A stretch of DNA of 61,782 nucleotides, the filler included. It is 4 parts of 4 records of this genome, joined end to end, with 100 filler letters (N's around TTAATTAATTAA, not from the genome) between each part and the next. Parts side by side here need not be neighbours in the genome. Positions count along the whole stretch, not along the records: positions 7,025 to 29,810 come from SRR20825010_6235; positions 29,911 to 57,339 come from SRR20825010_6238; 2 more parts are not named here. The stretch is one strand, 5' to 3'. How positions within the stretch are numbered: position 1 is the stretch's first letter; every line of letters begins with the position of its first letter. The position numbers and the translations under genes were made by a program. The notes under the pieces were generated by a model. It had not been told where the DNA came from, did not search any database, and saw only the letters and a list, made by a program, of their open reading frames with translations. This document shows positions 21,781-30,387 of the stretch, piece after piece.

Positions 21781-22752
21781 CTATACTATTCCTTCGTTAA
21801 TCAAATCTTGGATATGAATAAAGCCAACTATATTTTCATTGCTATCTAAAACTACCAAATGATTGATTGAATATTCTCTCATTTTGTTCATAGCTCGCAA
21901 TGCAAATTCCCCCTTTAGTATTGTCTTAGGGTGCCTCGTCATTACCTCAGCTACGACCCTCTGCTCAAAGCTCATGTCTTTTTCGATCATTCGTCTGATA
22001 TCCCCGTCAGTGAAAATACCCGTTAGCTTCCCAGTATCATCCACAACGGCTGTTGCACCTAAACGGTTTTTCGAAATTTCAAGAATACTTTCTTTCACTA
22101 AATCTGATTGCTTAACAATTGGTAAGCCGTTCTTAGGATAAATATCTTCTACTTTCAAGTACAGTTGCTTGCCCAATGAACCTCCTGGATGATACTTTGC
22201 GAAATCCTCGCTGGTAAAACCTCTGCACTCAAGGAGACAAACAGCCAAAGCATCACCCAATGCCATGTGTACAGTAGTACTTGTAGTAGGAGCTAAATTA
22301 TTTGGGTCTGCTTCTTTGTCAATTGTTGCGTTCAGTACGTGGTCCGCTTGTTTGGCCAAGTCGGAATCTAGGTTACTCACCAAAGCGATAAGCTTGGCTC
22401 CTGTTCTTTTAATCAGTGGAACCAAGACTTTAATTTCAGGAGTATTTCCACTTTTCGAAATACAAATAACTACATCATTTGGCTGCACCATTCCCAAATC
22501 ACCATGAATAGCATCTGCAGCATGCATAAAAAGAGAAGGCGTCCCAGTTGAATTTAGGGTCGCTACAATCTTATTTGCCACAATTGCACTCTTCCCCACC
22601 CCTGTGATAACGACCCTTCCTTTCAATTCTAAGATCAATAAAACAATCGCTTCGAAGTGCTCGTCTATGAATTCAGAAATCTGTCGAATTGCATCCGCTT
22701 CTTTGAGAAGTGTATTTTTGGCTGTGGTTTGAATATTTTTTGTTAATTTCAA
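21781..22752 (-). CDS. kdsD: KpsF/GutQ arabinose-5-phosphate isomerase (SIS+CBS)
   Basis: TGVGKS, HGDLG, APTTST, HPGGSLG, C-terminal CBS pair. Confidence 0.92.
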   Translation of the reverse strand: MKLTKNIQTTAKNTLLKEADAIRQISEFIDEHFEAIVLLILELKGRVVITGVGKSAIVANKIVATLNSTGTPSLFMHAADAIHGDLGMVQPNDVVICISKSGNTPEIKVLVPLIKRTGAKLIALVSNLDSDLAKQADHVLNATIDKEADPNNLAPTTSTTVHMALGDALAVCLLECRGFTSEDFAKYHPGGSLGKQLYLKVEDIYPKNGLPIVKQSDLVKESILEISKNRLGATAVVDDTGKLTGIFTDGDIRRMIEKDMSFEQRVVAEVMTRHPKTILKGEFALRAMNKMREYSINHLVVLDSNENIVGFIHIQDLINEGIV

Positions 22753-22833
22753 CTTAATGGCGTTTGAAGCATACGCGACAAAGATAAGGATTCGCTCAAA
22801 CGTTTTTGAAAACTGGATATATTTATAGGAAGT

Positions 22834-25023
22834 GTGGAGGAATTAAGAAAAAAATTAAAGGAAGTATTCGGTTACGATACCTTTAGAGGCAACCAAGAAC
22901 CAGTCATAAAAAATATTCTCGCAGGTAAGAATACCTTCGTGATTATGCCCACTGGGGCAGGTAAATCAATGTGTTATCAACTACCTGCGATTGTTAGGCA
23001 AGGAACGGCCATTGTAATATCGCCTTTGATTGCCCTGATGAAAAACCAGGTCGATCAGATGAATGCTGTGGGTGTTAACGCCCGTTTTTTGAATTCGACT
23101 TTAACCAAGAGTCAAATCAATAAACTTAAAAAGGCGGTTCTCGCAGGAGAAGTGAAACTACTTTATGTTGCACCAGAGTCGCTGACCAAAGAAGAAAATG
23201 TAGAATTTCTTAAGCAGGCAAATATTTCTTTTGCGGCTATTGACGAGGCACATTGTATTTCTGAATGGGGGCATGACTTTAGACCAGAATACCGAAGGAT
23301 AAAAAGCATAATTGACCAGTTAGGAAATTTACCCATCATTGCACTGACCGCTACAGCTACTCCAAAAGTACAGTTAGATATTCAGCGCAATTTACAAATG
23401 GAAGAAGCTGACCTTTTCAAGTCATCCTTTAACCGTGAAAACCTTTATTACGAAGTCAGACCCAAGAAGTCGATCAAAAAACAACTGATCAAGTTCATGC
23501 GGGAAAACAAAGGAAAATCGGGGATCATCTATTGCTTAAGTCGTAAAAAGGTAGAAGAAATCGCCAACTTCCTCCAAGTGAATGGGTTTAACGCCAAGCC
23601 ATATCACGCTGGCTTCGACCCAGATGTTAGAATCAAAAATCAAGACGATTTTCTAAACGAAGAAGTAGATATAATAGTGGCCACCATTGCCTTTGGAATG
23701 GGGATAGATAAGCCAGATGTAAGGTTCGTTATTCACTACGATGTGCCAAAATCGCTGGAGGGTTATTACCAAGAAACGGGCCGTGCTGGCCGAGATGGAC
23801 AAATAGGACAGTGTATTATGTTCTACAGCTATTCAGATATCATGAAGCTGGAGAAGTTCAACAAAGACAAACCCGTTACAGAAAAGGAAAACTCTAAAAT
23901 TCTGTTGGACGAAATGAGTTTTTACGCGGAATCTACAGTATGTAGAAGAAAGCAATTGCTTCACTATTTTGGGGAAGAGCATGATGATGCTAAGTGTCGC
24001 GAAACGGGCATGTGTGATAACTGTAAATTTGAACGGGAAGAATACGAGGCACAAGAGTATATAAAAACGACCATTCAGGCCGTAACCGAAACTGATGAAA
24101 GATTCGGATTGGGGCATATTGTAAATGTGATTCGCGGATCTCAGAACCAGTACATCAAAAGTTACAAGCACAATAAGCTTCCTGTTTTTGGAACTGGTAA
24201 AACGGAAGAGGAAAGCTTTTGGAAATCTGTAGTTCGTCAAACTTTACTTTACGAGTTTCTTACCAAAGACATTGAAAATGTTGGTGTTTTAAAGCTTTCT
24301 CAAAAAGGGAAAGACTTTCTGAAAAAACCGTATTCATTTAAGCTAACCAAAGACCATGACTTTAGTGATATTGACTTGGGCGAAGATGATGGTAATGAGG
24401 TTACTCATCAGTCTACATCAGGTCAATCTTTCGACAAAGTGTTGTTTGATTTATTGAAGGCGGAACAAAGAAAAGTAGCCAAGGATCACGATTTACCTCC
24501 TTATGCGGTTGTTCAAGAGCCATCTCTTCAAGAAATGGCAACCACCTACCCAACCACAGAAGAAGCCCTGAGCAACATCAATGGTATTGGAATGGGCAAA
24601 GTCCAAAAATTTGGAGCACCGTTCCTTAAAGTCATCAGTAAATATGTTGATGACAACGACATTGATATTGAAGATGTGGTAGTTATAAAATCCTCTGGCT
24701 CAAAATCTAAAAACAAAATCTACATCATTCAACAGATTGATAGAAAGATTGACTTGGAAGAAGTAGCGGAAATGAAAAGTTGGACGATGGACACCCTGTT
24801 GGCCGAAATGGAAATTATTTGCTTTGCAGGTACCAAGCTTAATCTGGATTATTATTTAGAAGAGGTTATGGATGAAGACCGCGAGGAAGATATTCTAGAT
24901 TACTTCTTAAATGCTGAAAGTGATGACATTCAATTGGCATTAGAAGAGTTTGCAAATGAAGATGTTTCTGAAGAGGATCTTCGATTGGTAAGAATAAAGT
25001 TCCATTCAGAATACGCAAATTAA
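22834..25023 (+). CDS. recQ: ATP-dependent DNA helicase RecQ
   Basis: MPTGAGKS, DEAHCISEWGHDFRPEY, QETGRAGRDG, RQC and HRDC regions. Confidence 0.96.
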   Translation: MEELRKKLKEVFGYDTFRGNQEPVIKNILAGKNTFVIMPTGAGKSMCYQLPAIVRQGTAIVISPLIALMKNQVDQMNAVGVNARFLNSTLTKSQINKLKKAVLAGEVKLLYVAPESLTKEENVEFLKQANISFAAIDEAHCISEWGHDFRPEYRRIKSIIDQLGNLPIIALTATATPKVQLDIQRNLQMEEADLFKSSFNRENLYYEVRPKKSIKKQLIKFMRENKGKSGIIYCLSRKKVEEIANFLQVNGFNAKPYHAGFDPDVRIKNQDDFLNEEVDIIVATIAFGMGIDKPDVRFVIHYDVPKSLEGYYQETGRAGRDGQIGQCIMFYSYSDIMKLEKFNKDKPVTEKENSKILLDEMSFYAESTVCRRKQLLHYFGEEHDDAKCRETGMCDNCKFEREEYEAQEYIKTTIQAVTETDERFGLGHIVNVIRGSQNQYIKSYKHNKLPVFGTGKTEEESFWKSVVRQTLLYEFLTKDIENVGVLKLSQKGKDFLKKPYSFKLTKDHDFSDIDLGEDDGNEVTHQSTSGQSFDKVLFDLLKAEQRKVAKDHDLPPYAVVQEPSLQEMATTYPTTEEALSNINGIGMGKVQKFGAPFLKVISKYVDDNDIDIEDVVVIKSSGSKSKNKIYIIQQIDRKIDLEEVAEMKSWTMDTLLAEMEIICFAGTKLNLDYYLEEVMDEDREEDILDYFLNAESDDIQLALEEFANEDVSEEDLRLVRIKFHSEYAN

Positions 25024-25056
25024 TTACCTTTAGCGCTTCAAAAATTTCAAATATTC

Positions 25057-26346
25057 ATGAATATTCTTGTGTTGGGAAGTGGCGGACGCGAACATGCTTT
25101 TGCTTGGAAAATTTCGCAAAGCCCACGATGTAATAAGCTGTTTGTTGCTCCTGGAAATGCAGGCACAGCAAGCATTGCTAAAAACGTAAATATTAAAGTA
25201 ACCGACTTTACAACCATCGGTGAGTTTGTAATTACCAACCAGATCGACTTAGTAGTCGTTGGACCAGAAGACCCTTTGGTAAATGGCATTCGTGATTACT
25301 TTGAAAAAGGTAGTCAACTTAAGGATGTGCTGTTGGTTGGCCCAGGGGCGGCTGGCGCTCAATTAGAAGGCAGTAAAGATTTCTCGAAAGACTTCATGAA
25401 TCGTCATGGAATTCCAACGGCAAAATCCAAAACCTTCACCATTGACACTCTGGAAGAAGGACTCAATTATGTTTCGAGCCACCCAACACCCATCGTTTTA
25501 AAAGCCGATGGTTTGGCTGCTGGCAAGGGAGTAATTATTTCAGAAACGGCAGAACACGCTCGCGAAACCTTAAAGGAAATGCTTGTTGATGCCAAATTTG
25601 GTGAGGCCTCAAGCCGTGTTGTGGTTGAACAATTCTTAAAGGGAATCGAACTCTCCGTTTTTGTATTGAGCGATGGTTCTAACTATAAAATTCTACCTGA
25701 AGCCAAGGACTACAAACGGATTGGAGAGCAAGATACAGGCCTCAATACTGGCGGTATGGGCGCTATTTCTCCTGTGCCCTTCGCTACACCAGCGTTTTTA
25801 GCCAAAGTAGAAGAGAAAGTCATCAAGCCTTCAATTAATGGTTTGAAAAAAGAGGGTATCGATTACAAAGGATTCCTTTTCATTGGACTCATGAACATGG
25901 AGGGCGAGCCCTTTGTAATTGAGTATAACGTCCGAATGGGCGACCCAGAAACACAATCAGTCCTATCTAGAATTGACTCTGATTTACTTGAGGTTTTGGA
26001 AGGTTCGGCCAATGGAACACTCCATGAAAAAACTTTTAGTGTTAGTCCACAAACTGCCACCACTGTGGTGATGGTTGCTGGAGGTTATCCTGAAGCTTAT
26101 GAAAAGGGCAAAGAAATTACCGGGATTGAGAACGTAAACGAAGCCTCAGTTTTTCATGCAGGCACCCAATTGAACTCTTCTGGCCAAACATTAACCAATG
26201 GCGGTAGAGTATTGGCCGTTACAGGCATGGGGGAATCAGTAGAAAAAGCCCTTGAAAATGCGTATACTGGGGTGAAGAAAATTTTTTGGCAGGATGAATA
26301 TCATAGAACCGACATTGGCCAAGACATTTTGAAATTATTAAAATAA
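25057..26346 (+). CDS. purD: Phosphoribosylamine--glycine ligase
   Basis: LGSGGREHA, KADGLAAGKGV, NTGGMGA, RMGDPETQ. Confidence 0.97.
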   Translation: MNILVLGSGGREHAFAWKISQSPRCNKLFVAPGNAGTASIAKNVNIKVTDFTTIGEFVITNQIDLVVVGPEDPLVNGIRDYFEKGSQLKDVLLVGPGAAGAQLEGSKDFSKDFMNRHGIPTAKSKTFTIDTLEEGLNYVSSHPTPIVLKADGLAAGKGVIISETAEHARETLKEMLVDAKFGEASSRVVVEQFLKGIELSVFVLSDGSNYKILPEAKDYKRIGEQDTGLNTGGMGAISPVPFATPAFLAKVEEKVIKPSINGLKKEGIDYKGFLFIGLMNMEGEPFVIEYNVRMGDPETQSVLSRIDSDLLEVLEGSANGTLHEKTFSVSPQTATTVVMVAGGYPEAYEKGKEITGIENVNEASVFHAGTQLNSSGQTLTNGGRVLAVTGMGESVEKALENAYTGVKKIFWQDEYHRTDIGQDILKLLK

Positions 26347-26380
26347 CGATTTAACGGCCGAAAGGTCTTAAATATAATAT

Positions 26381-27574
26381 ATGAGCTGTAGTTGTGGAGT
26401 AAGTACCGAAGGGGAAGTCTCTGGCTGCAACAATAACGGAGGCTGTTCAACCGGAGGTTGTAACAAAATGAATGTCTTCGACTGGTTGTCCAATATGGAC
26501 ATGCCCGCTGTAGACACTTTCGATATTGTAGAGGTTAGATTCAAAAACGGCAGAAAGGAATTCTTCCGTAATACGGATAACATAGATTTTGTTACTGGCG
26601 ATGCCGTCATTGTAGACGTACCAAGTGGTCATCATTTGGGTTATGTTTCTATGCAGGGTGAGCTGGTGAGGCTTCAAATGCAAAAGAAAAAGGTAGCCAA
26701 TAACGATGAAATCAGAAAAGTATACCGTCAGGCAACCATTAAAGACCTGGAAAAATATGACAGTGTAAGAAAACGCGACATGCCTACCATGTTTCGTACG
26801 CGTCAAATCATTCAAGACCAACAATTGAATATGAAGCTCACAGATGTTGAGTTTCAATCGGATAATACGAAAGCCACTTTTTACTACTCTGCAGAAGATC
26901 GTGTTGACTTTAGAGAACTCATCAAAGTGTTGGCAAGTGAATTCAAAATCCGTGTCGAAATGAAACAAATCAGCCTTCGACAAGAAGCTGGCCGCTTGGG
27001 CGGTATAGGTTCTTGTGGAAGAGAGCTCTGCTGTTCTACATGGTTGAACGAGTTTAAAAGTGTAAGCACAAGCGCAGCCCGCTATCAAAACCTAAGTTTA
27101 AACCCAGGCAAGCTTTCGGGTCAGTGTGGGCGATTAAAATGCTGCCTTAACTACGAATTGGAAACTTATATGGATGCCCTAGAGGACATTCCTGAGGTAA
27201 CCAAACTGAAAACTAAGGTGGGAGATGCAAAGCTTCAAAAAACAGATATTTTCAGAAAAATCATGTGGTTTGGCTACGATGGCGAAAACACTTGGCATCC
27301 TATTGATGCCGCAAGGGTAGCTGAAATTAAAGCCATGAATGAAGATGGGGTAATTCCCGAAACCCTTACTCTCGATGAACTTGAGATTAAAGACTTGAGT
27401 GATGTGGGTATCAACCGTGACCTTGAGAAAATGGACAAGAAGTTCAAGCAAAAAGACAAGGGACAAAATCAAAGTGGACAGAAGGGTAATCTCAATTCCA
27501 AAAATAGGAATAGGAGCAATAAGAATAGAAACCGAAATAATCGTAACAATAAAAATAGCAGGCCAGAAAAATGA
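26381..27574 (+). CDS. ricT: PSP1 domain protein (RicT/YaaT-like)
   Basis: RVDFRELIK, GGIGSCGRELCC, KLSGQCGRLKCCLNYE; Cys-rich N-terminus, N/R-rich tail. Confidence 0.9.
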   Translation: MSCSCGVSTEGEVSGCNNNGGCSTGGCNKMNVFDWLSNMDMPAVDTFDIVEVRFKNGRKEFFRNTDNIDFVTGDAVIVDVPSGHHLGYVSMQGELVRLQMQKKKVANNDEIRKVYRQATIKDLEKYDSVRKRDMPTMFRTRQIIQDQQLNMKLTDVEFQSDNTKATFYYSAEDRVDFRELIKVLASEFKIRVEMKQISLRQEAGRLGGIGSCGRELCCSTWLNEFKSVSTSAARYQNLSLNPGKLSGQCGRLKCCLNYELETYMDALEDIPEVTKLKTKVGDAKLQKTDIFRKIMWFGYDGENTWHPIDAARVAEIKAMNEDGVIPETLTLDELEIKDLSDVGINRDLEKMDKKFKQKDKGQNQSGQKGNLNSKNRNRSNKNRNRNNRNNKNSRPEK

Positions 27575-28041
27575 AACGAGTACAATGGCTTTGTCTGTTA
27601 GCTTCGGTGATTACACTAAGCGCTTGCGATCGGCACAAAATCTATGAAGAGGTACATGATTTTGAGGGTGCGGTATGGAATATGGATGCCATTCCTGAAT
27701 TTGAGTTTGAAATTGAAGACGGCCAAGCCAAAAGAATACTGTTGAACATTCGTAATTCAATTGATTTCAAATCTCAAAACCTCTACCTCACTTATTACCT
27801 TCTGAACGAACAAGGCACAGAAATCAAGTCAGAGTTGATCAATATTCAATTGTTTGACCCCATTACAGGAAAGCCAAAGGGCAAAGGCAACAGTATTTTT
27901 CAACACGAAGTAGAGATACTTCCTACTTATACCTTTCCAAAAATGGGTTTTTATAAAATCAAAGTAGCCCAATACATGCGCGAAGCTAATTTGCAGAAAA
28001 TTCCTTCTGTAGGGATTCGGGTGGAGGAAGTTTCGAATTAG
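27571..28041 (+). CDS. gldH: Gliding motility lipoprotein GldH
   Basis: Lipobox LSAC, NIRNS..NLYL, QYMR..VGIRVE; follows PSP1 as is usual in Bacteroidota. Confidence 0.85.
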   Translation: MKRVQWLCLLASVITLSACDRHKIYEEVHDFEGAVWNMDAIPEFEFEIEDGQAKRILLNIRNSIDFKSQNLYLTYYLLNEQGTEIKSELINIQLFDPITGKPKGKGNSIFQHEVEILPTYTFPKMGFYKIKVAQYMREANLQKIPSVGIRVEEVSN

Positions 28042-29810
28042 TTTGATTCTTGGGCAGTTTCAACCAAACGCCCTATATTTTCCTTTACCACTTGGGGATT
28101 CTGCCAGAAATTTCGACTATGGACGAACTTATATTTCCATTCTTTCGACTCTAGTAAAAACGGCTTATAAACGAAGCTGTCCTTTACAGTAGAGCTTTCA
28201 TAAAACACGTTATCATCCGTCATCAACACTCCTTTATATTTGCCTCTCCACTTTAAAGAAAGGTCGGCAAATGGAAGTTCTTCAGTGAATTTTATGGAGA
28301 AGTCCTTCTCCCAATCCTTCAGTTTATTTTTCAAGTACCAATCTTGCCCAAAGGTTTTAGATGCATTCATACTCGGTTCATATTCACCTTCCGATACCTT
28401 TCTTGCATACTCTAAATAAGACTTGAGCAGTTTAGGCCCCTCATTTTTCAATTGACCCACCTTCATTTCTTCTGGTAGTAGTGAGGTTACAATCACTACT
28501 TTTTCCTTTGCCCTCGTAATGGCCACATTCAACCTGTTCTCTCCACCAGCCATATTTAAGCTACCAAACTGTAAATTGATTTTACCTTTTGTATCTCGCC
28601 CATAAGCCGTAGAAAAAATGATAATGTCACGTTCATCACCTTGAACGTTTTCAATGTTCTTTACAAAAAGCCCTTCCCAATCACCCAGTCCGTTCTCTTC
28701 AATTTTATCTTGAATTAAATGTTGCTGGCTTATATTGAAAGTAACCACACCTACAGATTTAGACTTTTCACTCTTCTTGAGTTGAAGTAGTAATTCAATC
28801 ACTTTTTCAGCTTCGAGTACATTGATCTGCTTTTCCCATAGCCCATCCATTTTGATAAAATCAATGGCTGGTTTTGATTCATTAATTTGATTAAAATGAG
28901 GAAGCATCTGAAGCTTCCTCTTATAGAAATGTTGGTTCGAAAAGTCGATTAAAGCCAGTGACTGACTTCTGTAATGTCCTTGAAGCTGAACTTGCATCAA
29001 AAACTTACTCGCCAGCTCTAAAAGTGATTCTACTTCCAATGCCATCTCCTCCGACCCCTCTTCCCACATTACCCGATACAGATCATTTGGTCTGAGTTGG
29101 TGGTTATCGCCAGCGATGACCAGTTGCTTTCCTCTGTAAATAGCAGGTAAGCCCTTCTCTGAAAAGCACTGACTGGCTTCATCAAAGATGACCAAATCGA
29201 AAAAGCTTTCCATTGGAAAAATGGCAGAAACGGATTCTGGTGAGGCCATCCAACAAGGCATCAAAGAAAAAATATCTTCTGAAAAATGGTTGATCAACTT
29301 TCTTAAAGGCCAAATCTGCCGCTTCTTATTCACCTGATGTTCAAGGTCACGGTAGGTCGTCATATTGTTGAGGCGATTATATTCCGCAGGCTCATAAGTT
29401 TTTTCTCTTGTCTTTTGAAGCAAAATCTGAGTACTCGTTTCTAGCTTTTGCGCCTCGGCATCCTGAAGATCGCTGATCATTTGCTCGAACTTCAAGGTAG
29501 ATACCGACCTCAAGATTGGGTGTTTACTTTCAATATGGTCGATCCAAGCCAAACGCAAACTATTGTCAAAAATGGCAATATATTCTGCGGTTGTTCTTGC
29601 CTCCAATTCTTCTAACCTTCTGAGCCCTGAAAGCCGAGCCTCAGTTAAAGAAGTTTTAATCAGATCCATCTCGCAAATAGAATCGAAATCGCGTTTCAAT
29701 GTTCTTTTCAATTGTAATAGAAAATCCTGAGAAAGTAACAGCTGGTCAATCTGTATAGGAAGAATAAATTTATTCCATACTTCCCTCTTTTTAGGCAAGT
29801 CCTTTAATGT
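28038..29810 (-). CDS. Upf1-like SF1 helicase (AAA_11/AAA_12) C-terminal part with REase-like tail, 5'-truncated
   Basis: PCWMASPESVS, IFDEASQ, GDNHQL, HYRS, VQGDERD, RLNVAITRAK; frame open to contig end. Confidence 0.88.
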   Translation of the reverse strand, partial: TLKDLPKKREVWNKFILPIQIDQLLLSQDFLLQLKRTLKRDFDSICEMDLIKTSLTEARLSGLRRLEELEARTTAEYIAIFDNSLRLAWIDHIESKHPILRSVSTLKFEQMISDLQDAEAQKLETSTQILLQKTREKTYEPAEYNRLNNMTTYRDLEHQVNKKRQIWPLRKLINHFSEDIFSLMPCWMASPESVSAIFPMESFFDLVIFDEASQCFSEKGLPAIYRGKQLVIAGDNHQLRPNDLYRVMWEEGSEEMALEVESLLELASKFLMQVQLQGHYRSQSLALIDFSNQHFYKRKLQMLPHFNQINESKPAIDFIKMDGLWEKQINVLEAEKVIELLLQLKKSEKSKSVGVVTFNISQQHLIQDKIEENGLGDWEGLFVKNIENVQGDERDIIIFSTAYGRDTKGKINLQFGSLNMAGGENRLNVAITRAKEKVVIVTSLLPEEMKVGQLKNEGPKLLKSYLEYARKVSEGEYEPSMNASKTFGQDWYLKNKLKDWEKDFSIKFTEELPFADLSLKWRGKYKGVLMTDDNVFYESSTVKDSFVYKPFLLESKEWKYKFVHSRNFWQNPQVVKENIGRLVETAQESN

Positions 29811-29910
29811 NNNNNNNNNNNNNNNNNNNNNNNNNNNNNNNNNNNNNNNNNNNNTTAATTAATTAANNNNNNNNNNNNNNNNNNNNNNNNNNNNNNNNNN
29901 NNNNNNNNNN
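29811..29910. other. Artificial contig spacer
   Basis: N44-TTAATTAATTAA-N44. Confidence 0.98.
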
Positions 29911-29956
29911 CTCCTGAGCCGTAATCAGGTGCGCTATTCAATTGCGCCACGAGGCC
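29911..29956 (-). tRNA. tRNA-Arg(ACG), 3' half cut off by contig end
   Basis: Minus strand GGCCTCGTGGCGCAATTGAATAGCGCACCTGATTACGGCTCAGGAG: D-stem GCGC/GCGC, anticodon stem CCTGA/TCAGG, loop TT-ACG-GC. Confidence 0.9.
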
Positions 29957-30063
29957 ATTTTTTAGGTCTTTACTGCACCATTCTTACGAAATGTGCATCT
30001 AAACCGTTTGCGCATCGCTTAAAGCATGTTTCAGTCGATACCGAGCTTTGTGTTTTGCGAGTG

Positions 30064-30071
30064 CAAATATA
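30064..30071 (-). promoter_or_regulatory. Bacteroidota sigma-A -7 element for the tRNA
   Basis: TATATTTG matches TAnnTTTG; a TTG lies about 19 nt upstream. Confidence 0.65.
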
Positions 30072-30108
30072 CTGAGTTTTTTCTTTTTGACAATAGAATC
30101 AACGAGAT

Positions 30109-30387
30109 TTATTCAATTTCTGCTGAGATCCCTCGCTCCAATAATGCCGTGCACATCGGTTCTAACGTGTCCCAATCTCCTCTTTTTACCTGACACTTAC
30201 CCTTATAGTGAACAATAAACGTACATTGCTCAGCTTGAACTGAGTCGTGTTTACATACCTTAATTAGTGACTCGATAACATGGTCAAACGTGTTGAAATC
30301 ATCATTATAGACAATTAAATCCTTGCTGTCAACAATTTGTTCTACGGACAATAACTCCTCCAAAACATCAATTTCTACTTCTGCCAT
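30109..30387 (-). CDS. clpS: ATP-dependent Clp protease adaptor ClpS
   Basis: LIVYNDDFNTFDHVI, QAEQC..VHYKGKC. Confidence 0.92.
   Translation of the reverse strand: MAEVEIDVLEELLSVEQIVDSKDLIVYNDDFNTFDHVIESLIKVCKHDSVQAEQCTFIVHYKGKCQVKRGDWDTLEPMCTALLERGISAEIE

Noticed and set aside
27480-27574. N/R-rich repeat tail of the PSP1 protein
   Set aside because: A low-complexity tail that is common in Bacteroidota PSP1 proteins
7025-28041. Contig 2 as a novel system (DUF2723-methyltransferase-GWxTD-rlmB)
   Set aside because: Ordinary Bacteroidota housekeeping genes in mixed orientations with no sign of a dedicated locus
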